This document shows, one piece after another, positions 1 to 9,807 of a stretch of DNA of 64,000 nucleotides. Origin of the DNA: Candidatus Babeliales bacterium (GTDB lineage: Bacteria; Babelota; Babeliae; Babelales; RVW-14); the NCBI GenBank assembly GCA_019749895.1, contig JAIEPG010000005.1, positions 73,371 to 137,370 of the forward strand, in the 5' to 3' direction. The translations under genes and the position numbers were made by a program. Numbering within the stretch: position 1 is the stretch's first letter; each line of letters opens with the position of its first letter. Below the pieces are notes generated by a model. That model worked only from the letters and a program-made list of their open reading frames with translations, was not told where the DNA came from and made no database searches.

Positions 1-1
1 G

Positions 2-1039
<1,038 letters not shown>

Positions 1040-1047
1040 GAATCATT

Positions 1048-1293
1048 ATGGCAGTTCTTGAATTAGAAATCATTGGCCCCACGTCGGCAAAAAAGCTCAC
1101 CATCAAATGGGTAGAGATCGAAAGCCCCACCGGTAGCTTTTTGGTTGGCCCCGGCCATATTCCGCTCGTTTCCATCATCAAAAAAAAGAGCATTTTGCTC
1201 TACCAGCCGCACGATGCTGAGGCTACAACGCTCGAAGTTGATGGGGGTATTTTTAGCGTTGCTGACAACAAGGCAATTGCTATTCTTGACTAA
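1048..1293 (+). CDS. atpC: F0F1 ATP synthase epsilon subunit, short form (81 aa, N-terminal beta-sandwich only)
   Basis: It lies 8 nt after atpD. The sequence ...SPTGSFLVGPGHIPLVS...LEVDGGIFSV... matches the epsilon N-domain pattern. No C-terminal helical hairpin is encoded before the stop. Confidence 0.8.
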   Translation: MAVLELEIIGPTSAKKLTIKWVEIESPTGSFLVGPGHIPLVSIIKKKSILLYQPHDAEATTLEVDGGIFSVADNKAIAILD

Positions 1294-1334
1294 TTACTTA
1301 AAACTTTCTTATTGAATTTAAAAAAAGACCGTAC

Positions 1335-1362
1335 TTGACTATAAATTTCAATCTGCTAAGAT
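1335..1362 (+). promoter_or_regulatory. Candidate sigma70-type promoter (TTGACT-N16-TAAGAT) upstream of the first NTT gene
   Basis: The hexamers were read directly from the sequence. It sits about 170 nt upstream of the ATG at 1536 in an AT-rich spacer. Confidence 0.3.
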
Positions 1363-1535
1363 GATTCTTTGGCTCATAAAGTCATTTTTCTAAAATATAA
1401 CCGACTTAAAAAAAAACAGGTTCGTTCGTTATTTAATACAACACATTACTGTACGTTTTAATTTACTTTTTAATGAAAAACAAGTACAACTAATGCTTTA
1501 AACGAATTAACCGCTAGAGAGGACGTAATAAAGCC

Positions 1536-2870
1536 ATGTTTCACAAGTTAATTAGGACATTCTGGGGAGACCTCAAGGGGCAAGAACTAACCAAGTTCCT
1601 CCTTCTCGCACTGGGCTTTTTCTTTTTAATAGGCTCATATTGGCCACTAAAAACACTTAAGGACAGCATTTTTGTTAACATTGTTGGTCCTGAGTACATT
1701 CCCATGGCAAAAATTTTGTCACTCACCATCTTCTTTCCGCTCGTTATGATTTATTCAAAGCTGGTGGACGTTTTTGTTAAAGAAAAGATGGTGTACTTAC
1801 TCGTGGGCGTTTACGGCTTTATTGGCCTTATTTTCGTTTACTTCTTTTTCCATCCAACAATCGGCTTACAAAACGCCGTTCCAAGCGCTTCACGCTTACT
1901 TGGTTGGCTCTTCTTTTTGTACGTTGAAAGTTATGTTTCATTAATGATTTCACTCTTCTGGTCATTTACGCACGACATTACCACACCAGAGTCGGCAAAA
2001 AAAGGTTATGGCCTCATTATTTTTGGCACTCAACTTGGCGGCTTTTTGCTCACACTTTTAGGCAACCGATTGTCGGCAGACCCAGAGCTTTACGCCTCTC
2101 GCGCACCACTAATTGCCTTAATCTCAATCTGTTTATTTTTCTTTATCGCTCTGGTAACGTTTATTTTGCATAAAATTGTTGCCAAAGAAATCTTGGAAGG
2201 ATACGAAGATAAAGTTGCACCTGCAACCCTAGAAGAACCAACATCGGTCGGTTTTCTGGATGGTTTAAAACTCTTGCTCACGCATCCGTACGTTGCCGGC
2301 ATCTTCTTTCTTATTTTCTTCCACGAGTTTGTTTCAACGGTCATGAACTTTCAAATGATTATGCAAGCAAAAACAACCTACGTTTCTGCTGGCTTAGTTA
2401 ACAAATTCCTCTTCGACTACGCACTGGCTGTACAAGGCACTGCGTGCTTGTTTGGCTTGCTGGGTACATCATTTTTTCAACGCCGCTTTGGCATACGCTT
2501 TTGTTTAATTGCTTACCCGCTGCTGTTGGGAATCTCAATTATTTACTACCTTGCCAACCCAACATTGCAAAGCATTTTTTATGTGATGATTATTGCAAAA
2601 GCAATCAATTACGCCTTCAACCAGCCGGCAAAAGAGGTTCTGTACATCCCAACCACCAAGAATATAAAATACAAGTCTAAGGCCTGGATCGACATGTTTG
2701 GCATGCGCTTTTCAAAGGCTGCCGGCTCTACCGCTAACACCATTATTGTTACCATGTCGTACCTAACCGGCCCTATTGTTTTGTCGCTTATTGCTATCTG
2801 GGCCATACTGGCAAGCATGATTGGCAAAACGTTTAATACTGCTATTTCAGAAAAAAAGATCATCGATTAA
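1536..2870 (+). CDS. ntt: ATP/ADP translocase family nucleotide transporter (TLC/NTT), paralog 1
   Basis: 444 aa and polytopic. The N-terminus LIRTFWGDLKGQELTKFLLLALGFFFLIGSYWPLKTLKDSIFV and ...AKEVLYIPTTKNIKYKSKAWIDMFG.R.SKA are typical of Rickettsia/Chlamydia Tlc/Npt carriers. Confidence 0.85.
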   Translation: MFHKLIRTFWGDLKGQELTKFLLLALGFFFLIGSYWPLKTLKDSIFVNIVGPEYIPMAKILSLTIFFPLVMIYSKLVDVFVKEKMVYLLVGVYGFIGLIFVYFFFHPTIGLQNAVPSASRLLGWLFFLYVESYVSLMISLFWSFTHDITTPESAKKGYGLIIFGTQLGGFLLTLLGNRLSADPELYASRAPLIALISICLFFFIALVTFILHKIVAKEILEGYEDKVAPATLEEPTSVGFLDGLKLLLTHPYVAGIFFLIFFHEFVSTVMNFQMIMQAKTTYVSAGLVNKFLFDYALAVQGTACLFGLLGTSFFQRRFGIRFCLIAYPLLLGISIIYYLANPTLQSIFYVMIIAKAINYAFNQPAKEVLYIPTTKNIKYKSKAWIDMFGMRFSKAAGSTANTIIVTMSYLTGPIVLSLIAIWAILASMIGKTFNTAISEKKIID

Positions 2871-3045
2871 TACCAATAAATGGTAGCTGAATCAACTATT
2901 TGCAAGAATAGTCGATATGAAATATACTGATTGCTTGTGAAAAACGAAAGGATATAGTGTCTATGAACAAAAGTGGGTAGGTACTTATTCGCAACAAAAT
3001 ACTGAGAGAACAACATTTTAGTAACCTTTTTTAGGAGCTTTTTTT

Positions 3046-4344
3046 ATGCTGAGTAGAATTAAACACGCCCTCTGGGGAGATTTGACCAAAGACGAAGTTA
3101 AAAAATTTGGTATGCTCTCATTCACGTTCTTGTTCATTATTGGTACCTACTGGCTCATGCGTCCACTCAAAGACGGTCTTTTCATGGACTTGGTTGGACC
3201 TGCATCATTGCCTTACGCCAAAATGCTTTCATTCGCGTTCATTGTTCCTTTAATTCTTTTCTATTCCAAGCTTGTTGACTTGGTAGAAAAACAAAAGCTG
3301 TTCTATGTTTTGTGTACTATTTATGGCATTTTATTTGCCGGCGTTGCATTTTTACTTGCACAACCAGCCTTTGCACTTAACGGCCCAAGCACCCCTGCAA
3401 AGCGTATGCTTGGCTGGTGCGTATATTTGGCTATTGAAAGCTTTGGTTCATTGTTGGTTACCCTTTTCTGGTCGTTCGTTGCAAGCTCAACCGACACGAC
3501 TTCAGCAAAAAGAGGCTACGCGCTCATTATTTCAGGCGCGCAAATTGGTTCCATCACCGGACCTTATTTGGCAACAAACGCAGAACACCTTGGTCTTTCA
3601 TTGTTGACCGGCATTGTTGCTGGCGGCATTTTGCTGGTACCTTTGTTGATCAAAATGTTCATCACCATATACCCAAGCTCAGCTGAAAAGAGTGTTTCAA
3701 CCAAGCCAAAAACCGGCGCGTTTGAAGGTTTTAAACTCTTGCTGACCAAGCCATACCTTCTTGGCATACTTGGCGTTGCAACATTGTACGAAGTAATTGG
3801 TACCGTTATCGACTACCAACTCAAATATTTGGCAAAAGAAACCTATGGCAGCGCAGAAAAAGTTACTCAATTCTTGGGCTACTTTGGTTTGACCACCAAC
3901 GCACTTGCTTTGGTATTCTCGTTGATTGGAACAACATTCTTCATCAACCGTTACGGCCTTACCTTCTGCTTGGTTATGTATCCAGTGAGCGTTGCCATTG
4001 TTTTGGTAAACATCTGGGCATTGCCTGGTCTTTGGGTAGTATTTGCGGGCATGGTTGCTATTAAAGGCTTCAGCTACGCATTGAACAACCCTTGCAAAGA
4101 AATTATGTACATCCCAACCAGCAAAGACGTTAAGTTTAAAGCTAAAGGTTGGATCGACATGTTCGGTTCCCGTTCTTCCAAAGCCACAGGTGCCGGTATT
4201 GGTTCTATGTTCTCAAGCATGACCAGCCTTGCGCTCTACGGACCACTCGTTTGTATGGGTATTGTAGGCATCTGGATCATGGTTGCTTTGTACGTTGGCA
4301 GAACCAACAAGAAACTTGTTGATAGCAAAACAATCATTGAGTAA
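3046..4344 (+). CDS. ntt: ATP/ADP translocase family nucleotide transporter (TLC/NTT), paralog 2
   Basis: 432 aa with the same motif set (WGDLTKDEVKKF..., CKEIMYIPTSKDVKFKAKGWIDMFGSRSSKA). A TAGGAG RBS precedes the ATG. Confidence 0.85.
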   Translation: MLSRIKHALWGDLTKDEVKKFGMLSFTFLFIIGTYWLMRPLKDGLFMDLVGPASLPYAKMLSFAFIVPLILFYSKLVDLVEKQKLFYVLCTIYGILFAGVAFLLAQPAFALNGPSTPAKRMLGWCVYLAIESFGSLLVTLFWSFVASSTDTTSAKRGYALIISGAQIGSITGPYLATNAEHLGLSLLTGIVAGGILLVPLLIKMFITIYPSSAEKSVSTKPKTGAFEGFKLLLTKPYLLGILGVATLYEVIGTVIDYQLKYLAKETYGSAEKVTQFLGYFGLTTNALALVFSLIGTTFFINRYGLTFCLVMYPVSVAIVLVNIWALPGLWVVFAGMVAIKGFSYALNNPCKEIMYIPTSKDVKFKAKGWIDMFGSRSSKATGAGIGSMFSSMTSLALYGPLVCMGIVGIWIMVALYVGRTNKKLVDSKTIIE

Positions 4345-4370
4345 TGATTGTTTTCTAAAAAACTACTAAA

Positions 4371-4401
4371 AGGCCGGAGCTTTTTGCTCTGGCCTTTTTT
4401 C
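4371..4401 (+). terminator. Rho-independent terminator after NTT paralog 2
   Basis: aggccggagc-ttttt-gctctggcct forms a 10-bp stem (one G:U pair) with a 5-nt loop, followed by T6. Confidence 0.8.
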
Positions 4402-4480
4402 TTGATATCTTTAAATAAGCGGGGGTAATAAGCTATCGTAAAAATAGTACGTGAAGATATTTAAAACAAAAGGAGACTTA

Positions 4481-5776
4481 ATGCTAAGTTCTATAAAACA
4501 AGCCCTCTGGGGCAAATTAACACGCGAAGAGTTTAAACGGTTTAGTATTTTATCGCTCACGCTCTTGCTCATTTTGGGCACCTACTGGCTCATGAAACCG
4601 CTTAAAGACGCGCTCTTTGCCAAAATGGTAGGCCCCGATTTTTATCCGTACGTAAAAATTCTTTCCTTCTGGTTTACCATCCCACTCATTTTGCTTTATT
4701 CCAAAGCGGTAGACCTATTTGAAAAGCAAAATTTGTTTTATATTTTTTCAGCTTTTTACGGCTCACTCTTTTTCATTATCGCACTCTTACTTGCCCACCC
4801 AACCATTGGCCTGGCCAACACCACGCCAAACAAGTACCGCATTTTAGGCTGGGCGCTGTATGTAACGATTGAAACTTTTGGCTCGCTCATGGTTGCTCTT
4901 TTTTGGGCTTTCGTTGCAAGTTCTACCAACACCGAGGCGGCAAAGCGTGGCTATGCATTAATTATTGCTGGCGCCCAAATTGGCACCATTGCTGGGCCCT
5001 ACATTGCCTTGAGTGCCCCAACCTTAGGTATCCCACTCCTTATGTTTTGCATTTGCGCTGGCGTAACTTTTATACCTGTTCTCATTAAAATTTTCACACA
5101 CTTCAACCCCCGCGCTGCCGAGCACCACGCACCGTCAGAAAAAACTGGGCCCATTGAAGGGCTTAAGTTACTGCTGACCAGGCCCTACCTGCTGGGCGTG
5201 ATGGGCGTTTCGGTTTTATACGACATTGTTGCCACCATTCTTGAATTTCAAATGGTATCGCTTGCCAACACTCAGTTTCATTCAACCGAACACTTGGCAC
5301 GTTTTCTCAGCTACTTTGGTTTAATGACCAACGGCTCAGCATTATTGATCTCACTGATCGGTACCAGCTTTTTAGTGCGCCGCTTTGGCCTGACTTTTTG
5401 TTTGGTTGTCTATCCGGTTATTACCGCGGTTGCTCTGCTGCACATTTTGTGGATACCTGTTTTATGGGTCGTGGTTGGCGCGCTCGTGGTAATAAAAAGT
5501 TTGAATTACGCACTCAATAATCCATGCAAAGAAATGCTCTACATTCCCACCAGCCGCGATATTAAGTTTAAAGCGAAGAGCTGGATTGATATGTTTGGTT
5601 GCCGCTCAGCCAAAGCTGGTGGCGGTTTTTTAAGCACCTTTTTTACACAAATGCATGAGCTGCTTTTTTATGGCCCACTGCTTTCGCTTGGTGTAGTCGG
5701 CGTTTGGATTATTATTGCGCTGTACACGGGCACAACACACCGTGCACTTGAAAAGAGTAATCGAACGATTGAATAA
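4481..5776 (+). CDS. ntt: ATP/ADP translocase family nucleotide transporter (TLC/NTT), paralog 3
   Basis: The ORF opens at GTG 4451. The ATG at 4481 is preceded by AAAGGAGA and aligns with the N-termini of paralogs 1 and 2 (MLSSIKQALWGKLTREEFKRF). Also present: CKEMLYIPTSRDIKFKAKSWIDMFGCRSAKA. Confidence 0.85.
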   Translation: MLSSIKQALWGKLTREEFKRFSILSLTLLLILGTYWLMKPLKDALFAKMVGPDFYPYVKILSFWFTIPLILLYSKAVDLFEKQNLFYIFSAFYGSLFFIIALLLAHPTIGLANTTPNKYRILGWALYVTIETFGSLMVALFWAFVASSTNTEAAKRGYALIIAGAQIGTIAGPYIALSAPTLGIPLLMFCICAGVTFIPVLIKIFTHFNPRAAEHHAPSEKTGPIEGLKLLLTRPYLLGVMGVSVLYDIVATILEFQMVSLANTQFHSTEHLARFLSYFGLMTNGSALLISLIGTSFLVRRFGLTFCLVVYPVITAVALLHILWIPVLWVVVGALVVIKSLNYALNNPCKEMLYIPTSRDIKFKAKSWIDMFGCRSAKAGGGFLSTFFTQMHELLFYGPLLSLGVVGVWIIIALYTGTTHRALEKSNRTIE

Positions 5777-5854
5777 ATCGAATAAAACTTTTCATTCTTA
5801 TTACCCATTTTTTTTGCTATCCTCTCGCACATTAATCACCTTTTTTTCAGGATA

Positions 5855-8419
5855 ATGTTGGTCACGATGGATTACAAAAAACAGTTTAATCATTTCATAA
5901 ACAAAGAGCTCAACAAACCACAGCAAGAGGCAGCAACGCAAAAGTCTGGCGCACTGCTGGTTATTGCTGGCGCAGGCTCAGGAAAAACGCGCGTAATTAC
6001 CGCACGCATTGCCAATTTAATTATTAACGAAAACGTAAGCCCAAAGGCCATTACTGCGCTCACCTTCACCAACAAAGCTGCCGAAGAAATGAAAGAGCGC
6101 TTGCACAAGTTTCTTGATGGCAACCACGAGCTACCGTTTGTTGGCACATTCCATTCATACTGCCTTCTGCTTTTGAGAACCAACCTGCATTATCTTTCAG
6201 CGCCCTACTTTTCAATTCTTGATGGTGACGACCAACTCAGCATCGTGAAACAAATTATAAAAAAAGGTGCTCTTGAAAAGCAGATCACGCCCTCGCAAAT
6301 TATGTACCAGCTATCGCAGTACAAAAATAAGTATTTCATGAATCCGCAAGAGGCTGAAAACACCGTAAGCCCGCTCATAAAAGAAATTTATCATGCGTAT
6401 GAGGCAGAAAAAACAGCCGCTCGCAGCTTTGACTTTGACGACTTGATTCTGGAAGTCTTAAAACTATTTAGAAAGAATAAAACGTTCAAACGCGAGTTCC
6501 AAGCAAAAATTAAGCATGTGCTCGTTGACGAATATCAAGATACCAGCCACACGCAGCACGAGCTGCTACGACAAATGGGCCTTGATGAGGATAAAAAATT
6601 TATTCTGGATTCACTGTGTGCCGTTGGCGATGAAGACCAGTCAATTTATTCATGGCGCGGGGCAACCGTTACCAACATGCTTAAAATTAAGCAGGAGTTT
6701 GCGCCGGTAACCACCGTTAAAATTGAACAAAACTATCGCTCCGTCACCCCGATTTTAGAAACTGCTAACCACGTGATTCAGCATAACACACAGCGAAACC
6801 CTAAAAAGTTGTGGTCGGACAAGCAGGGCAAAAATAGAATTTTATTGCTGACCTGCCGCTCGGGCGAGCAAGAAGCCGATGCCGTAGCGATCTTGTTAAA
6901 AAATTTGCCAGAAAATAAAAAGCTGAGCAACGTAGCCATTTTGTACCGCACACACTATCAATCGCGCTCGTTGGAAGAATCGCTCATTTATCACGCAATC
7001 CCCTACCGCATTATTGGCGGTATCCGCTTTTATGAACGCAAAGAAATTAAAGATGTTTTGGCGTACCTACGCTTGATGGTAAACCCCTTTGACCGCATCA
7101 GCCTGCTGCGCATTGTTAACTATCCGCTGCGCGGCCTTGGGCAAAAGTTTGAAGAACAGCTGATGGAAGCCTGGCAACAAAACCCACTGCTCGACTTTAA
7201 GCAACTAATTACGTATTTGATTTCAAGCGAAGGCGTTAGTTCGGCAAAGCAGCTGGCGCTCAAGCAATTTTTGGCAATCTATGCAACAGCACCACAAAAC
7301 GGCTCTCCGTCAGACTTAGTTGACCATGTGCTGACAAAAATTGATTACCTTAATTATTTGCGCACCACGCTGGACGCACAAGAAGCTGACACAAAAATTG
7401 AAAACGTACGCGAGTTGGTACAATCAATTGCCACGTTTGAAAAGAATTTTGACGGATCGCGCGAGTCGGTTAACCCTAACGACCCTTTTGCCAGTAGCTC
7501 AAACGCACCAACACTTGAAAACTTTTTGTACGAAGTTACGTTGATGCAAGAAAAGAGTGATAACGAAAACCGCGATGACCAGGTCTGTTTAATGACACTG
7601 CACGGATCTAAAGGCCTTGAGTTTGATATGGTTATTATTACCGGCCTTGAAGAAGAAATGCTGCCAAGCGGCAAAGCGCTCAACACCAACGAAGAACTTG
7701 AAGAAGAGCGACGCCTGTTTTATGTGGGCATTACGCGGGCAGAAGAACGCCTGGTACTTACGCACGCTGATTACCGCAACCGCTTTGGCACGATAGTGCA
7801 CCAAATTCCGTCACGCTTTTTGTCTGAACTTAAGCGGCCACTGGTTCAAGAGTTTAATGCGAGCAATGCCCACGCAACACAACTTAAAACACAGTTTAGA
7901 CGCTGGCTTGGTCTTTCTACTCAGTTTGACCAAAACATTCTTACGTTTACCAACTTTATACCACCAGACCGGTTGAGTGGAGAAAATACGGTTGAATCAT
8001 CTCCCCCTTCGAGACGCCTGTCTTCGCTAAAAGCTACGTCAGGCTCCTCAGGGCGAACGGGAAAAAGGATATTCTCCGAAAAACCAGAATACCTGATCCA
8101 TCAATCGACACAAAATAATAACAAGTACACAAGATCACAGGATCCAAATCGCTCGCTAAAGAACAAACAAGTTTCTTCCTCCGTTCGCCCTGAGGAGCAT
8201 GGCGTAGCTCGCAAGAGCTTAGACAGGCGTCTCGAAGGGTCTACAAACAAAACAGCCCCAACGAGCGAATGGTACAAAAACCAATTAGTTGAGCACAGCA
8301 AGTTTGGCAAAGGGATTGTAACGCACGTTGAAAAGGCCGATGGCGATGCGTACCACATTACCGCCATCTTTCAATCTGGGCCTAAAAAGATTCTTTCGAG
8401 TTTTTTGAAGAAGAGTTGA
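5855..8419 (+). CDS. uvrD: UvrD/PcrA/Rep-type superfamily 1 DNA helicase, with a repeat-derived insert in the C-terminal linker
   Basis: Motifs seen: AGAGSGKTRVIT (Walker A), VLVDEYQDTS, YRS, TLHGSKGLEFD, YVGITRAEERL. The C-terminal Tudor-like segment is VEHSKFGKGIVTHVEK. An alternative start is at 5867. Confidence 0.9.
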   Translation: MLVTMDYKKQFNHFINKELNKPQQEAATQKSGALLVIAGAGSGKTRVITARIANLIINENVSPKAITALTFTNKAAEEMKERLHKFLDGNHELPFVGTFHSYCLLLLRTNLHYLSAPYFSILDGDDQLSIVKQIIKKGALEKQITPSQIMYQLSQYKNKYFMNPQEAENTVSPLIKEIYHAYEAEKTAARSFDFDDLILEVLKLFRKNKTFKREFQAKIKHVLVDEYQDTSHTQHELLRQMGLDEDKKFILDSLCAVGDEDQSIYSWRGATVTNMLKIKQEFAPVTTVKIEQNYRSVTPILETANHVIQHNTQRNPKKLWSDKQGKNRILLLTCRSGEQEADAVAILLKNLPENKKLSNVAILYRTHYQSRSLEESLIYHAIPYRIIGGIRFYERKEIKDVLAYLRLMVNPFDRISLLRIVNYPLRGLGQKFEEQLMEAWQQNPLLDFKQLITYLISSEGVSSAKQLALKQFLAIYATAPQNGSPSDLVDHVLTKIDYLNYLRTTLDAQEADTKIENVRELVQSIATFEKNFDGSRESVNPNDPFASSSNAPTLENFLYEVTLMQEKSDNENRDDQVCLMTLHGSKGLEFDMVIITGLEEEMLPSGKALNTNEELEEERRLFYVGITRAEERLVLTHADYRNRFGTIVHQIPSRFLSELKRPLVQEFNASNAHATQLKTQFRRWLGLSTQFDQNILTFTNFIPPDRLSGENTVESSPPSRRLSSLKATSGSSGRTGKRIFSEKPEYLIHQSTQNNNKYTRSQDPNRSLKNKQVSSSVRPEEHGVARKSLDRRLEGSTNKTAPTSEWYKNQLVEHSKFGKGIVTHVEKADGDAYHITAIFQSGPKKILSSFLKKS
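8005..8239. repeat. GC-rich palindromic repeat element, copy A, inside the uvrD reading frame
   Basis: The left arm cccttcgagacgcctgtcttcgct..ctcctcagggcgaacgg (8005-8060) has its inverted copy ccgttcgccctgaggagc..agacaggcgtctcgaaggg at 8181-8239. The same motifs recur at 28107, 60302 and 63882. Confidence 0.8.
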
Positions 8420-8555
8420 GGAGAGCACGAAATTCCAAGTCCGCTTGCGCTTCAATCTCAGCAATCTCTTTTTTAGTAAGCCTCTTTTCAAGGTGTTCTT
8501 GAAAGCTCTTTGTTTTCATAGACATCTTCACTTTAGGCATGTTTCGATTTTTCAT
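8382..8555 (-). CDS. Small hypothetical ORF (57 aa from MKNRN...), possibly a remnant; overlaps the uvrD 3' end
   Basis: The ORF is 8382..8645. The internal ATG at 8555 follows an AGAGAAA purine run. KSFQEHLEKRLTKKEIAEIEAQADLEFRAL resembles the N-terminal leader of some XRE-type antitoxins, but no HTH domain follows. Confidence 0.25.
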   Translation of the reverse strand: MKNRNMPKVKMSMKTKSFQEHLEKRLTKKEIAEIEAQADLEFRALLNSSSKNSKESF

Positions 8556-8688
8556 TTTCTCTTTCAATTTAATTGTTTCTACCCCCAATTTTAGCACATA
8601 GCAAACTAAGAAAGAAGGGCTTGCAATTAATGGTAAAAACCCCAAAACAGAAGGCCATTAAATTTCCACTTGAAACGAATTAAAGCCT

Positions 8689-8717
8689 TTGCAAACCAGC
8701 CAAAAGTGCCTTACAAT
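8689..8717 (+). promoter_or_regulatory. Candidate sigma70-type promoter TTGCAA-N17-TACAAT for the ankyrin gene at 8765
   Basis: The hexamers and 17-nt spacer were read directly. It lies 48 nt upstream of the ATG at 8765, which argues against the ORF-track start at 8717. Confidence 0.45.
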
Positions 8718-8764
8718 TGAACAATTGGGAAAACTTTTTTGGGAACCATTTTGGGGGAATTTTC

Positions 8765-9691
8765 ATGAACCGCAAACTTATTCTATCGCTTGCCATAATG
8801 ACATTGTTTAGTATTTCTCTCGCAGCACAAGAGAGCAGAAAAACCATCCGCTCCTTTGATGCAAGCTGGAAGCTTATATTCCAAGAAGCCCTCAAAAAAC
8901 ATACACCTTCCTGGAAACTCGTAAAAGCAATACGAGCACATGATAATAAAAAACTATCAGAGATTCTTAAAAACCCAACCATCAACGTAAATCCAATCGT
9001 TATGAAGGGAAGTGAAGGTTTCAAAACACAATTGCATCCGCTCGACGAAGCAATTTCTTGCAACAATATTGAAGCAGTTAAACTTTTATTGGCCCACACC
9101 GTTACTTTAGGCACAACAAAAATAAACACTGATGGCTCTATGGCAGGTCACTATTTCGATATCAAAGATATCGACATTAATGCTCCCGGTCTTTGCGGCC
9201 TTACGCCGTTGCACACAGCGGTCTCTCTTGGCAGAACTGAATGCCTTAAGCTCTTACTTGCACACAAAAGAACGATTTGGTATGAAAAACTTCTACCGTT
9301 CGATCGTAAAGAAGCAGCAATCAACCTCAATGCGGCCGAAAAATACGGCAACACCGCCCTTCATTTGGCTGTTTCTCTTGATAAAGCCGACTTAGTAGAA
9401 CTTTTACTTGCACACCCTGGCATTGACGTCAACGCAAAAAACAACGAAGGATGGACACCGCTCCACACTGCTGTTTGGTATGAAACAACTGATTGTATAA
9501 AGCTTTTGCTTGCGCACAAAGAAATCAAACCGATTGATCCAAACCTTATCAACTGGATCAAACAAGAACTTGATACTAGAAAAGAACAAGCTGAACGAGC
9601 TTTCGAAATTTGGCTACTCTTGGAAAATCATGGGCAAATTTTAGATGGCCCTGGCGGCATGAGCCCAACTACGATTGGCGCGGAATTTTAA
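8765..9691 (+). CDS. Ankyrin-repeat protein with N-terminal signal peptide
   Basis: MNRKLILSLAIMTLFSISLAAQE resembles a signal peptide. Repeated TPLHTAV...CLKLLLAH / NTALHLAV..LVELLLAHPGIDVNAKN ankyrin motifs are present. Confidence 0.85.
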   Translation: MNRKLILSLAIMTLFSISLAAQESRKTIRSFDASWKLIFQEALKKHTPSWKLVKAIRAHDNKKLSEILKNPTINVNPIVMKGSEGFKTQLHPLDEAISCNNIEAVKLLLAHTVTLGTTKINTDGSMAGHYFDIKDIDINAPGLCGLTPLHTAVSLGRTECLKLLLAHKRTIWYEKLLPFDRKEAAINLNAAEKYGNTALHLAVSLDKADLVELLLAHPGIDVNAKNNEGWTPLHTAVWYETTDCIKLLLAHKEIKPIDPNLINWIKQELDTRKEQAERAFEIWLLLENHGQILDGPGGMSPTTIGAEF

Positions 9692-9766
9692 TTGGTCCTG
9701 ATACGCTACCTCATTGTCCCTGCGGCCCAATAATGGTTGCATAAATAATTTTGCTGCAAAAAGTTT

Positions 9767-9799
9767 GAGGGGCACCGTTTCTGGTGCCCCTCTTTTTTT
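9767..9799. terminator. Bidirectional rho-independent terminator between convergent ankyrin genes
   Basis: gaggggcacc-gttt-c-tggtgcccctc stem-loop followed by T7. The flank on the other side is A-rich. Confidence 0.75.
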
Positions 9800-9807
9800 A
9801 TAACGAT

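Noticed and set aside
8680-9129. A 149-aa minus-strand ORF overlapping the ankyrin gene at 8765.
   Set aside because: It is fully antisense to a gene with clear ankyrin repeats and a good promoter, and it has no recognisable motifs.
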